From: Gammaproteobacteria bacterium
GTDB taxonomy: Bacteria > Pseudomonadota > Gammaproteobacteria > GCA-002705445 > GCA-002716945
Reading direction: 5' to 3'
Length of the DNA: 64,000 nucleotides
Assembly (NCBI GenBank): GCA_038142325.1
Contig: JAYQJW010000002.1
Location: forward strand, 747,328-811,327
The notes under the pieces are model-generated. The model did not search any database. It was not told the origin of the DNA and was given only the letters and a program-made list of their open reading frames with translations. The stretch's first letter is position 1; the number at the start of each line of letters is the position of its first letter. Both the position numbers and the translations under genes were made by a program. Below are positions 21,804-34,740 of this stretch, one piece after another.

Positions 21804-23016
21804 ATACTGATTTTCTGTAGCCGTTAGGACGCCAAGCGGGCGCAATAACATCAGTGCTCTCATAAAGGTCAAGTTTTAAACGTGCTAACTCAATAGTATC
21901 TTTACCAAATTTTTTATTAATATTGTCTACAACTCTTAAACATTTGTTTTGATTAGTTGCTCTGTCAAAAAAATCACCTTGTATGTTTTTTTGAACAGGA
22001 CGTATTGTCGTTACCTGGACTTGATAAATGCCCACATTTTTATCAAGCATGTTTAAAACATGCTCGCACAATTGAAAGATTTTTCGCTGATCAGATGTAG
22101 CATATTCGAGTTTAATCTTTTTTTGAATCCAGCCAGCTTTTATTTTTATACCAATCATAAATTTTTTTGATTCATGATTACATTCTCTTAATCGCTTGGA
22201 TAGTTTTACAGATATTTTTAAAAATATTTTTTTTATCAGATTTCTATCCTTTGTATTTGGCATTACAACTTTTCCATGACCTAGGCTTTTTGGATACATT
22301 GGATCTAATGTAAGTCCTTCAAAGTCTTCTCCATTTGCCATCAACCATATCTTTTTTCCAATATTTCCAAATCTATTCGAAAGTATACTAATAGGTATTT
22401 TCTTCATATCGGAACATTTATACACTCCATGTTCATTGAGAAATCTCGTTATACCCTTGGATACGCCGCATAGTTTGTCAACATCTGCATTGCTTAAATA
22501 TTGATCACGATTATTTTTATTAATAAAAGTAATACCATCAGGTTTGTTAACTTTGGAGGCAAATTTAGCTAATGATTTGCTATATGAAACTCCTATTGAG
22601 CATTTAAGATTTTCAGACGAATATATCAAGTCCTTAACATGATAGATGATTGTATCTATATTTTTATATATTCTCATACAGTTTGTTAATTCTAAAAAAG
22701 CCTCGTCTACAGAATAAACCTGAATATCAGGAGTGACATTTTTCAAGATATTCATGATGTTAGTAGATACAGCAGTATATATATTTGGTCTTGATGGTCG
22801 CTGAATTAAATAGGGACAGATTCTTTTTGCTTCATAAAGCCTCATGCCTGTTTTTACCCCAAAGGCTCTTGCTTCGTAAGATGAAGTGATAACGCATGAT
22901 CCTTTTATTCCATTAGTTACTGCTATAGGTTTTCCTGCTAGTTCTGGAAAATCTCTCTGTTCTATGGATGCAAAAAAAGCATTCATATCAACATGAAGAT
23001 ATATTTTTGGATTCAT
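21802..23016 (-). CDS. dinB: Y-family DNA polymerase IV
   Basis: LHVDMNAFFASIEQ, SYEARAFGVKTGM, YSVDEAFL, AKFASKVNKPDG. Confidence 0.9.
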   Translation of the reverse strand: MNPKIYLHVDMNAFFASIEQRDFPELAGKPIAVTNGIKGSCVITSSYEARAFGVKTGMRLYEAKRICPYLIQRPSRPNIYTAVSTNIMNILKNVTPDIQVYSVDEAFLELTNCMRIYKNIDTIIYHVKDLIYSSENLKCSIGVSYSKSLAKFASKVNKPDGITFINKNNRDQYLSNADVDKLCGVSKGITRFLNEHGVYKCSDMKKIPISILSNRFGNIGKKIWLMANGEDFEGLTLDPMYPKSLGHGKVVMPNTKDRNLIKKIFLKISVKLSKRLRECNHESKKFMIGIKIKAGWIQKKIKLEYATSDQRKIFQLCEHVLNMLDKNVGIYQVQVTTIRPVQKNIQGDFFDRATNQNKCLRVVDNINKKFGKDTIELARLKLDLYESTDVIAPAWRPNGYRKSV

Positions 23017-23018
23017 GG

Positions 23019-23618
23019 CTAGTAAATTCTTACTTGCCCAATTACATGACCTTGTATTGAAATTCTTTCAACAGGATAAATTATTTCTTTAAATTTATTA
23101 TTAGCAGGAATGAGCTTTATTTCATCAGAATTAATTTTTTCTATATATTTTAATGTTACATCTTGATTGTCGATTAAGACGACATGAACCTTTGACTTAT
23201 GCGTCTTATTACTTTCTTCAATTATTACCCAATCTCCATCATTAATACCAGCGTCAATCATAGAATCACCTTTAACTTTTAAAGCATATGATTTTTTATT
23301 AGTAAATAAGTACTCGAGCTCAATCTTTTGTTGATCTGTTATTGCTTCTATTGCCCCACCGGCAGCAATTTTTCCTAAAGATTTTAAAAAAATAGGTTCT
23401 TTTTGATGCAGGAGTATCCCTCTATGTTTGTTAGGAATTTTTTTTAACTTGTTGGCCTTCTCAAGAGCTTTTACATATCGATGAGCAACACCCTTTGACT
23501 TGATACCTATTCCTTTTGCAATATCTGTTAATAGAGGATATCTCCCGTATTTTTTAGAATACTTAAGTATAAATTCATAAGCCTTTTGTTCTTTTTCAGT
23601 TAGTACCTGGTAATTCAT
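23019..23618 (-). CDS. lexA: SOS repressor LexA
   Basis: N-terminal winged HTH, IAAG cleavage site, VKGDSMID catalytic Ser, TLK catalytic Lys. Confidence 0.9.
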   Translation of the reverse strand: MNYQVLTEKEQKAYEFILKYSKKYGRYPLLTDIAKGIGIKSKGVAHRYVKALEKANKLKKIPNKHRGILLHQKEPIFLKSLGKIAAGGAIEAITDQQKIELEYLFTNKKSYALKVKGDSMIDAGINDGDWVIIEESNKTHKSKVHVVLIDNQDVTLKYIEKINSDEIKLIPANNKFKEIIYPVERISIQGHVIGQVRIY

Positions 23619-23639
23619 AAGTTCTCATTAAGTTCTCAT
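23619..23639. promoter_or_regulatory. Putative LexA box, GTTC-N7-GTTC direct repeat
   Basis: aagttctcat-t-aagttctcat (GTTC at 23621 and 23632) just upstream of the lexA ATG, downstream of TTGTTC-N17-TATTAT on the minus strand. Confidence 0.75.
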
Positions 23640-23677
23640 ATAATACATGAACTGCTCGAGCGGAACAAGATTAAATT

Positions 23678-24027
23678 TTATATAATTCTCAGAATATCTT
23701 CAGGAGGACATCCAATAATTGCATTATTATTGTAAACAAGAATTGATCGTTGAAGTAATTTAGGATGCTTAACAATAACCTCAAGAATCTCATCTAGAGT
23801 AAGATTAAGATTGTCTAAGTTATTTTCTTTATACTCCTTTTCATTACTTCTAATAATATCTCTAACCGATAACTCAGATAAATCAAGTATTTGTTTAAGC
23901 ATGTTTTTAGTGAGTTTATCTTTAAGATAAAGTATTACTTTAGTATTAATATTTTGGTTTTCAATTATTTCAAGAGCTTTTCTTGATTTACTACATCTAG
24001 GGTTGTGATAAAAATTCCTTCTGACAT
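23678..24027 (-). CDS. ArsC-family (glutaredoxin-type arsenate reductase-like) protein
   Basis: YHNPRCSKSR, HPKLLQR; probable start ATG 24027 (MSEGIFYHNP) with one T missing near 24010. Confidence 0.85.
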
Positions 24028-24087
24028 TCAATAAGAATAATATTTTCTAACTAATTCTGCAAAAGTTATCATTAACAGTGTTTTATG

Positions 24088-25632
24088 TCACTCCCACTCA
24101 ATCGTACCTGGTGGTTTTGAAGTAATGTCATAAACAACTCTAGCTACACCCTCAACTTCGTTAATAATACGAGTTGATATCATGTTCAAAATATTATGTG
24201 GGATAATACTGGCAGTTGCTGTCATAAAATCTGTTGTATTAACAGCTCTGAGAGCGATTACAAATCCATATTGTCTCTTATCACCTACTACTCCAACTGA
24301 TTTTAATGGTATTAATACTGAGAGAGCTTGATCAACTTTATTATATAAATTGTTAGAGCGAAGTTCTTCAATAAATATATAATCTACTTCTTGTAATATT
24401 TTTATTTTTATATGGTTTACCTCACCAAGTATTCTGACAGCAAGTCCAGGGCCAGGAAATGGATGTCTTTCAATAAGCTTACTAGGCAAACCTAACTGTT
24501 TACCAATTTTCCTAACTTCATCTTTAAAAAGATTTCGAATTGGCTCAACTAAATTAAATTTCATATTTTTTGGAAGTCCTCCAACATTATGATGAGACTT
24601 GATAACATCAGATTTAGATTTTTTTGATGACGACTCAATAACATCTGGATAAATGGTGCCCTGTCCTAGATACTTTACATTTTTGATTTTCTTCGCTTCT
24701 CTATCAAATATTTCTATAAAGCATTTACCGATAATTTTTCGTTTTTTTTTCAGGATCATTTACTCCTCTGAGAGATAAGAGAAATTTTCTTGAAGCATCT
24801 ACCACTTTTAGGTTAATGTTAAGTGCTCTCGTAATATTAATAACCTCTTCAACTTCATTTTTTCTAAGTAGTCCAGTATTAATAAAGATACAAATTAGAT
24901 TTTTGCCAATTGCAGTGTTTAGAATTGCAGCAACCACTGAAGAATCTACACCGCCAGATAATGCTAGGATAACTTTTTCTTCTCTTACTTCATCTCTTAT
25001 TTTGTTTATCATATCTTGGCTGATGTTTTTTGGTGTCCATGTCTTTCTACACCTACATATCTTTGCAAAGTTTTGTAATATTTTTTTTCCAATTTTCGTA
25101 TGTGTTACTTCAGGATGAAATTGAAGTCCATAAATATGTTTCTGTTCATTCTCTAGTGCGGATATTTTTGAATTACTACTATTACCTAATGAAATGAAAT
25201 TGCTAGGTAATTTCTCTACTTTATCAGCATGACTCATCCATACGTCATGTGTATTGTCTTTATCACAACCATCGAATAATTGTGACTTTTTATTTATATT
25301 GAATGTTGAATGACCAAACTCTTTTTTTAATGATTTAACTACTTTCCCACCAAACTCTCTTGCTATAAGTTGCATTCCATAGCATATACCTAATATTGGA
25401 ATACCAAGTGAAAATATTTTTTTATTTGGTTTCAACATTTTTCTTGTGTTGACAGAGTTTGGGCCACCACTAAAAATAATACCTTTTGGCGCTAATCTAA
25501 TAATTTCTGTTATTGAAATATTGTGTGGTTTGACAAGACTATACACTCCAATCTCTCTAATACGTCGTGCAATCAGTTGAGTGTATTGAGAGCCAAAATC
25601 TAAGATTATGATTAAATCTTTAGATGCTTGCA

Positions 25633-25633
<1 letters not shown>
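24088..25633 (-). CDS. guaA: GMP synthase; apparent frameshift near 24745
   Basis: [52 protein letters not shown]. Confidence 0.95.
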
Positions 25634-27131
<1,498 letters not shown>

Positions 27132-27169
27132 TTATACATATAAAATGCTTTTACTGAAAGTTTTAAAAA

Positions 27170-28507
27170 ATGAAAATATACAATGTATCTGAGCTAAACA
27201 TTGAGGCCAGAGAGGCGATACTAGCTTCTTTTGAATATCCTGTTTCTGTAAAAGGAGAAATTACTGATTACAGAGCATCTAGAGGGCATCAATATTTTAA
27301 GCTAAGAGACCCTTCAAGCGGTTCAACGGTTAGTTGTGTTATATGGAAAAGTAGCACTGCCTCATTAGAAGTATCAACTTATATTAATATGGAAGTTATT
27401 GTTACAGCTAGAGTAGATTTTTATACTGGATTTGGTCAGTTCCAATTAAACGTCATGGAAGTATCAGAATATGGTGATGGCTTTCTTAAAAAAGAAATTG
27501 AAAGGCTAAAAAAGAAATTATCAGAAGAAGGAGTATTTGATAACAAAAAAGAAATACCTAAATTTCCGAAAAATGTAGGTATATTGACAGCAAACAATAG
27601 TCACGCAATGATGGATGTTTGTTCTAAACTTAATGAAAAATATCCATTAGCATGTCTACACGTGTATCCCACATTAGTTCAGGGAAATAATGCTCCAGCA
27701 AATCTTATAAAACAAATAAAAAAAATAAATTCGGATCAAGTGGTTGATGTAATACTAATCGTTAGAGGTGGAGGATCTCTTCAAGATTTGATGGCATTTA
27801 ATGATGAATCATTTGTAAGAGAAATATCAAAATCTTCAATACCAACAATAACTGGAATTGGTCATGAACCAGATATTACCTTATCAGATTATGCCTCTGA
27901 TTTGAAGAAAGAAACTCCTACTGCTGCAGCAATAGCAGCTGTTCCAGATATTCAGGTCATTAAATCAAACTTACTTCAATTAGATTTGTCACTTGGCAGA
28001 GTTATCTCTAAAAAAATTGAGTCTTTGACAGAGAGATTATCTAACCTTTCATCATTAATTAAAGTTAATGCACCATATAAAAAGGTAATTTCGTTTGCTA
28101 GAAACTTCAAACTGTATACTGTGCAATTAAAAAACGCTATGAATTTAACTTTAAAGAAGAACCAAGTTGTCTACGATAATGAATTAAATAATCAAACAAA
28201 AGCCCTAAAGTATATAAAGGTACAAAATATTAACTCAATGAATAATTTAAAAATATACAAAAATATGATTTTTAACACTCTATCAAATAGACTAATTCAA
28301 CTTGAGGAGTTAGTTAAACTAAAATCTCATCATATACAACAAATTAATCCTAAGAATATTCTCAAAAAAGGTTATGCAATCATAAGAGATAAACAAGATA
28401 AAATTATCAAAAATTCAAAGAATGCCAAACATCATAGATCTCTTACCATAGAGATGTTTGATGGACGCATTGAAGTAGAAAGAAAGAAGAAAAAAGGCTT
28501 GCTATAG
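27170..28507 (+). CDS. xseA: Exodeoxyribonuclease VII large subunit
   Basis: GEI..GHQYFKL, RGGGSLQDL.AFN, GIGHEPD, TPTAAA, LKKGYA; divergent from guaB. Confidence 0.92.
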   Translation: MKIYNVSELNIEAREAILASFEYPVSVKGEITDYRASRGHQYFKLRDPSSGSTVSCVIWKSSTASLEVSTYINMEVIVTARVDFYTGFGQFQLNVMEVSEYGDGFLKKEIERLKKKLSEEGVFDNKKEIPKFPKNVGILTANNSHAMMDVCSKLNEKYPLACLHVYPTLVQGNNAPANLIKQIKKINSDQVVDVILIVRGGGSLQDLMAFNDESFVREISKSSIPTITGIGHEPDITLSDYASDLKKETPTAAAIAAVPDIQVIKSNLLQLDLSLGRVISKKIESLTERLSNLSSLIKVNAPYKKVISFARNFKLYTVQLKNAMNLTLKKNQVVYDNELNNQTKALKYIKVQNINSMNNLKIYKNMIFNTLSNRLIQLEELVKLKSHHIQQINPKNILKKGYAIIRDKQDKIIKNSKNAKHHRSLTIEMFDGRIEVERKKKKGLL

Positions 28508-28539
28508 TAATAAAGTAATTGCAAAATATCTAATCTGAT

Positions 28540-28968
28540 ATGTCATCTAATCTTGAAAAATATCTCGATTTTAAGCCTTATAAACTAAAGAAAGGTGAGG
28601 AGTATATGTCTGCTCCCCAAATTGAACACTTTAAAAATATATTACATTCATGGAAGAAAATGCTTATGGTAGAAGCTGAAAAAACAATGGATCATATGAA
28701 ACAAGATTCATCAAAATTGTCAGATCCCAATGACGCTGCCACACAGGAAGAAGAATTTAGATTGGAGTTAAGAGCCAGAGATAGAGAGAGGAAGTTAATA
28801 ACAAAAATTGACCAAGCTCTCAGCAGAATAGATGATGGGTCATATGGATATTGTGAAGATACTGGTGAGCCTATAGGTATTAAAAGGTTAGAAGCAAGAC
28901 CAATCGCTACTTTGTCTATAGAGGCTCAAGAAAGGCACGAGAGGTTGGAAAAAACTCAAATTGACTAG
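28540..28968 (+). CDS. dksA: RNA polymerase-binding factor DksA
   Basis: [10 protein letters not shown] coiled-coil tip, [24 protein letters not shown]. Confidence 0.93.
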   Translation: MSSNLEKYLDFKPYKLKKGEEYMSAPQIEHFKNILHSWKKMLMVEAEKTMDHMKQDSSKLSDPNDAATQEEEFRLELRARDRERKLITKIDQALSRIDDGSYGYCEDTGEPIGIKRLEARPIATLSIEAQERHERLEKTQID

Positions 28969-31040
28969 CTGTCCTGACTAACCCCTTTCATAGTTAATTT
29001 AACTCTTCCTTGTTTATCTACTTCAAGGACTTTAACTTTTACATTATCACCCTCAGAGAGAACATCTTTTACATCTTTAACTCTGTCTTCGCTTATTTGC
29101 GATATATGAACAAGTCCATCTTTATTTGGAGTTATTGCTACAAATGCACCAAAGTCCATAATTTTTGCAACTTTACCTTCATAAATCTTGTCAACCTGTG
29201 GTCCCATTGTAATTTCTTCTATAATTGATTTTGCATGGTCACTTTTGGATTGATCTGATGCAGCAATTTTAATAATGCCATCATCATTTATATCTATTAC
29301 TGCTCCTGTTTGTTCAACTATAGATTTGATTACTGCGCCACCTTTACCTATTACCTCTGCAATTTTGGATTGATCAACTTTCATGGTTGTATATCTTGGA
29401 GCAAACTCTGAGACATCCTCACGAGGCGCACTCAATTCTTTATTCATCTCATTGAGAATATGTATTCTTGCGTCTTTAGCCTGATTTAAAGCAGTTTCCA
29501 TAATTTCAGATGTTATACCATCAATTTTGATATCCATTTGAAGTGCATTGATACCTGTTGAGGTACCAGCTACTTTAAAATCCATATCACCTAAATGATC
29601 CTCATCACCAAGAATATCAGTTAGTACTACATGTCTATCACCATCTTTAACTAGACCCATTGCAATACCAGCTACTGGCGCTTTTAAAGGCACGCCTGCA
29701 TCCATCATTGATAAGCTTGAACCGCATACAGATGCCATAGAACTAGAACCATTCGATTCAGTTATTTCTGACACCACCCTTACTGTATAGGGGAAATCAT
29801 CTTGTGAGGGCATTACAGCCTGTACGCCTCTTCGAGCCAGTTTACCATGGCCAATTTCTCTTCTCTTGGGCGAACCAATCATTCCAATCTCACCAACAGA
29901 ATATGGAGGAAAATTGTAATGAAAAATAAATGAATCTTCAATTCTTCCTTTCAATGAATCTATAATTTGTGCATCCTTATTAGTTCCAAGTGTAGTTACA
30001 ACTAGCGCTTGTGTCTCACCCCTGGTGAAAAGAGCAGAACCATGAGTACGAGGTAGAACACCTGTTTGTACACTTATAGGTCTGACAGTCATAGTATCTC
30101 TGCCATCTATTCTTTTCTCTCCAGATAGAATCCTCTCTCTCACAATATCTTTTTTAAGAGAATCAAATACTTTTGAGATTTTATCTTCGTTATCTTCTTC
30201 AGTGTTGCATTCTTTGGAAATTACATCATCTTTAAGAGTAGATAATTTCTCATACCTTTCTTGTTTATTTGTTATTTGATATACAGAGGATATTTGATCT
30301 CCATAAGATGATTTTATTAAATTATACAATTCAGAATTGTCTTCTGCTATTGGTGCCTCTTGTTGAGTAATACCAACTTCTGCAACTAGCTCATCGATGG
30401 CATTGATAATGACTTGCATTTTTTGATGTCCATAATTAACAGCATCGAGCATTTGTTCTTCAGTCAACTGATCAGCTTCAGATTCAACCATGAGAACAGC
30501 ATTACTAGTACCAGCTACAGTTAAATCAAGTTTAGATGTTGAAAGTTCACTAGAAGATGGATTCAGGATGTACTGATCATTTATGAAACCAACTTTCACA
30601 GCACCTAGTGTTCCATTAAATGGTAGTCCAGCAAGTTTAACCACTGCAGACGCTGCAATCATTGCAGGGATTTCTGAATCAACTTCCGGGTTGAGAGAAA
30701 CTAATGTAAGAACAATTTGAACCTCCTGATTGTATGTAGATGCAAATAATGGACGTAGAGGTCTATCAATTAGACGGCTTATTAGCGTTTCATTTTCTGT
30801 TGGTCTACCTTCTCGTTTAAAAAATCCTCCAGGAATTTTACCAGCAGCATATGTTTTTTCATTATAATTTACTGTTAATGGGAAAAAATCCCTCTCATTG
30901 GGTTCTGATGATGCAACTAATGTAGCTAAAATAACTGTGCCATCAATATCGACTGTTACTGATGAGTTTGCTTGTTTTGCGATGAGGCCTGTCTCAATTT
31001 TTACAGATTGAGAGCCTAAATCAAATTTTTTTTTGTGCAT
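28965..31040 (-). CDS. pnp: Polyribonucleotide nucleotidyltransferase
   Basis: [38 protein letters not shown]; KH and S1 domains. Confidence 0.97.
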   Translation of the reverse strand: MHKKKFDLGSQSVKIETGLIAKQANSSVTVDIDGTVILATLVASSEPNERDFFPLTVNYNEKTYAAGKIPGGFFKREGRPTENETLISRLIDRPLRPLFASTYNQEVQIVLTLVSLNPEVDSEIPAMIAASAVVKLAGLPFNGTLGAVKVGFINDQYILNPSSSELSTSKLDLTVAGTSNAVLMVESEADQLTEEQMLDAVNYGHQKMQVIINAIDELVAEVGITQQEAPIAEDNSELYNLIKSSYGDQISSVYQITNKQERYEKLSTLKDDVISKECNTEEDNEDKISKVFDSLKKDIVRERILSGEKRIDGRDTMTVRPISVQTGVLPRTHGSALFTRGETQALVVTTLGTNKDAQIIDSLKGRIEDSFIFHYNFPPYSVGEIGMIGSPKRREIGHGKLARRGVQAVMPSQDDFPYTVRVVSEITESNGSSSMASVCGSSLSMMDAGVPLKAPVAGIAMGLVKDGDRHVVLTDILGDEDHLGDMDFKVAGTSTGINALQMDIKIDGITSEIMETALNQAKDARIHILNEMNKELSAPREDVSEFAPRYTTMKVDQSKIAEVIGKGGAVIKSIVEQTGAVIDINDDGIIKIAASDQSKSDHAKSIIEEITMGPQVDKIYEGKVAKIMDFGAFVAITPNKDGLVHISQISEDRVKDVKDVLSEGDNVKVKVLEVDKQGRVKLTMKGVSQDS

Positions 31041-31309
31041 TATTTTCTGAGTCCTAGTTCTTTGATTAGCGATTCGTATGATTCAATATCAGTTTTTTTA
31101 AGATATTTAATAAGAGATCTTCTTTTCATAATCATTTTAAGCAAACCTTGTCTAGAGTGATTATCTTTTTTATTCTCTTTAAAGTGATTAGTAAGCTTAT
31201 TAATATTTTCTGTAAGAAGAGCTATTTGTACTGCACTTGATCCGCAATCTTTCTCAGAAGTTTTATGTTTTTCTATAATTCCTGCTTTTGTATTACTATC
31301 TAACGCCAT
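31040..31309 (-). CDS. rpsO: 30S ribosomal protein S15
   Basis: [26 protein letters not shown]. Confidence 0.95.
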   Translation of the reverse strand: MALDSNTKAGIIEKHKTSEKDCGSSAVQIALLTENINKLTNHFKENKKDNHSRQGLLKMIMKRRSLIKYLKKTDIESYESLIKELGLRK

Positions 31310-31376
31310 TATATTTTCTTACTTAATTGTTAACGTTGCGATTTTATCATGTCCAACAAGTAATACAAACTAAATA

Positions 31377-32255
31377 TCACCTTTTCATCATTCTTTTAGG
31401 ACATAAATGATCATCTTTAAAAAATCCAACACCATGAAAAATATTTCTACCACAAATAATCTTATAATATTGGTGTATTTTGATATTTTCTTTTCTTACT
31501 ATTAATCCATGGTGTAGTTTTTCAACCTCTTCGTCACTACATATAATTTCAGGTAAATCATCAAGCATTGTTGAAATATCGATTATGTTTTTTTGATTAC
31601 TTAGATTTCCAATATCGTCAATTTCAATTGATTTAAATTTCTGAAACGGCTCAACACTCAATCTTTTAAGATTAAAAAGGCAAGAATGAATTCCCCATTG
31701 GTGACTAATATCCTGTATTAAAGTTCTTATATAAGTCCCAGATGAACATTTTACATTAAATTTTAAAATATCATTATCTAAAGAATTGAACTTAATGTCA
31801 TATAAATACCTCTTCTTTTCATTTCTTTTGACTATTACATTGTTTCTAGCATATACATACAATGGTTTACCTTTATACTTACTTGCACTATACATCGGTG
31901 GCGCTTGAAGATAATCACCAAGGAAATTATTAAGTGTTTTCCTGATGATATCTTTAGTTAGTTTTTTAATTTTTTTTTGCTCATTTCTATACACTTTTGG
32001 CTCTATCTCATAATCACCACAATCACTAAAGACACCCAGTTTAGATTCAATGCTGTAAGTTTTTTTGTCATTTAATAGATAAGGAATATATTTTGTTGCT
32101 TGTCCAAAAATTATTGGCAATACACCACTTGCCAACGGATCAAGAATGCCAAAAATACCCGCTTTCTTAATGCTAGTCTTATTCTTGAATAAAGAAAGTA
32201 CTTTATTTGAAGTAATATATTTTTTCTTATTAATTAGAATTGCGCCGTCAAACAC
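31377..32255 (-). CDS. truB: tRNA pseudouridine(55) synthase
   Basis: GILDPLASGVL, PPMYSA, CSSGTYIRTL. Confidence 0.9.
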   Translation of the reverse strand: MFDGAILINKKKYITSNKVLSLFKNKTSIKKAGIFGILDPLASGVLPIIFGQATKYIPYLLNDKKTYSIESKLGVFSDCGDYEIEPKVYRNEQKKIKKLTKDIIRKTLNNFLGDYLQAPPMYSASKYKGKPLYVYARNNVIVKRNEKKRYLYDIKFNSLDNDILKFNVKCSSGTYIRTLIQDISHQWGIHSCLFNLKRLSVEPFQKFKSIEIDDIGNLSNQKNIIDISTMLDDLPEIICSDEEVEKLHHGLIVRKENIKIHQYYKIICGRNIFHGVGFFKDDHLCPKRMMKR

Positions 32256-32261
32256 AAGTTA

Positions 32262-32591
32262 TTAGTTTAGTGAATCAATTAATTTGTTAATTTTCTGAGC
32301 TTTAATATTAGTATCATCATGGATAAACTTTATATCTGGAATGCGCTTGAGGTGAACATTCCTCGATAAGTGATATTTGATAATAGGTTTAAGAGAATTT
32401 ATTGTTTTCTCAATTTTTTTATAGTCATCATTTAATGTTGTAAAATAAACAATTCCACTTCTAATATCTTTTGATACTTTAATGTCCGTAATTGTGACAG
32501 TATTTTTAATCTCTGGATTATCGATTCGTGTAAGGATGATGTTTGCAATTTCTTTGTGAAGAAGATCTTCAATTTTATTCATCCTGTTCAT
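32262..32591 (-). CDS. rbfA: Ribosome-binding factor A
   Basis: VTITDIKVSKD, LKRIPDIKFIHD; between infB and truB. Confidence 0.9.
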   Translation of the reverse strand: MNRMNKIEDLLHKEIANIILTRIDNPEIKNTVTITDIKVSKDIRSGIVYFTTLNDDYKKIEKTINSLKPIIKYHLSRNVHLKRIPDIKFIHDDTNIKAQKINKLIDSLN

Positions 32592-34740
32592 CTATACAGA
32601 GCGTTTAATTTCCGTTCTTTTATACACTTCTATTTGATCACCTGCTTTAATATCATTATAGTCTTTAACCCCTATTCCACATTCTGTGCCACTTTTTACT
32701 TCTTTCACGTCCTCTTTAAATCTTCTCAAAGATTCAAGTTCACCCTCATATATAACAGTATTATCACGCAAAACTCTAATAGGTTGATCTTTCTGAATTG
32801 TTCCCTCTGAAACAATTGATCCTGCAATAGCACCAAGCTTGGATGAACGAAATACATCTTTTACAGTTGCGAAACCTATAATTTCTTCCTTAATTTCAGG
32901 CTCTAATTCACCTGATAAATCATATTTTACATTATCTATTAAATCGTAAATAATACTGAAATATTTGAGTGGTATTTCATGAGATTCAACAAGTTTTTTA
33001 GCTTTACTATCTGCCCTAACATTAAACCCTATAACATGAGCACCTGCACTTACAGCTAAGTTAATATCTGATTCAGTTATTCCTCCGACTCCACTATATA
33101 CAATATCAAGGCCAACATCAGGATTTTCGATAGACTGGAGACTGCTGATAATCGCTTCACAGCTTCCCTGCACATCAGTTTTAATAAGATAGTTAATAAT
33201 TTTTTTATTGTTGCTGGCATCACCAAAGGACTCTATTGAAAAGTTTTTTTGCTTCGATTGCATATCAATTTCTTTTTGTTTTTCTCTCTCTTGACGATGC
33301 AATGTCTTTGACTTTTTTCTCATCATCTGTAGATACAAGTTGATCCCCAACATTCGGTGTTGCCGAAGGACCTGTTATCACAGCAGGTGTACTCGGACCT
33401 GCGCTCTTTATTGGTTTACCAAATTCATTAAACAAAGCTCTTACTCTACCGAAAGTTTGGCCAACAAGTATGAAATCTTTTTGATTTAAAATACCATTTT
33501 GAATAAGTATCGTCGCTATTGGACCTTTTCCTTTATCAAGAGAAGATTCAATTACTATACCTGTTGCAGGTCCTTGATCATTTGCTTTTAATTCTAATAT
33601 CTCAGCTTGTAATACAACTGAATCAAGTAAATTATCTACGCCCTCACCTGTTAGAGCAGATATAGGTACAAAAATTGTATCGCCACCCCAGTCCTCTGGC
33701 ACAACGTCATTTGCAGCAAGATCATTTTTAACTTTTTCTTGATCTGCATTTTCTTTGTCAATTTTATTTATTGCAACAATCATAGGAACACTAGCAGCTT
33801 TTGAATGCTCTATTGCCTCTTTGGTTTGAGGCATTACGCCGTCATCAGCAGAAACAACTAAAATAACTATATCAGTAACTTGCGCGCCTCTTGCACGCAT
33901 ACTTGTGAAAGCTGCGTGTCCTGGAGTATCTAGAAATGCAATTTCACCATTATTAGTTTTAACTTTATATGCACCGATATGCTGTGTTATCCCTCCAGAT
34001 TCAGATTCAGTTATTTTAGATTTTCTGATGTAGTCAAGCAATGATGTTTTTCCGTGATCAACATGACCCATAATTGTGACAATAGGCGCTCTTGGTTTAC
34101 CCTCAGTAATTTTAATTTTTTGTGTAGTGATTATCTCATCTTCGGACTCTTTTATAATAATTGCTTTATGCCCAAGCTCTTCAGTTATAAGAACAGCAGT
34201 ATCTTGATCCAACGACTGATTAACAGTGGCCATTACTCCTAACCCCATCATTTTTGCAATTAAATCCGAGTTTTTTAATGCCATTTGACCTGCTAACTCG
34301 GCAACAGTCATAGATTGCTTAATTTTTACATCTCTAACAACAGGCTCAGTTGGTTTTTCAAATTTATGAGTTGATTGAATTTCTTGAACTTTAGGTGTAA
34401 TTTTTTTATTTTTATCTTTTTTATTTGGATGCTTTAGATGTAATTCTTTATTTTCCATTTTCTCAATTTTTTCATCCTTATCAACCTTATGTTTTTTTGG
34501 AGTTTTTGCTTCGATAGGTTGAGCTTGAGTAGATGGTTTTAATTTATTAGCTTTTGGTTTAATAGCTGCCTCATTGGCAGATGTTTCTTTCTTTTCAGTA
34601 TTAATGGACGGTTTATTTACTGAAGATGATGTTTTAGCAACTATTCTTCTTTTTCTTTTTACATGAACACCAGAAGACGATGTACTTTTTCTGGAGGATA
34701 AAGTATCTGATTTAAGCTTTATATTATCTTTCTCACTCAT
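32592..34740 (-). CDS. infB: Translation initiation factor IF-2 (short N-terminus); apparent frameshift near 33280
   Basis: [44 protein letters not shown]. Confidence 0.95.
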
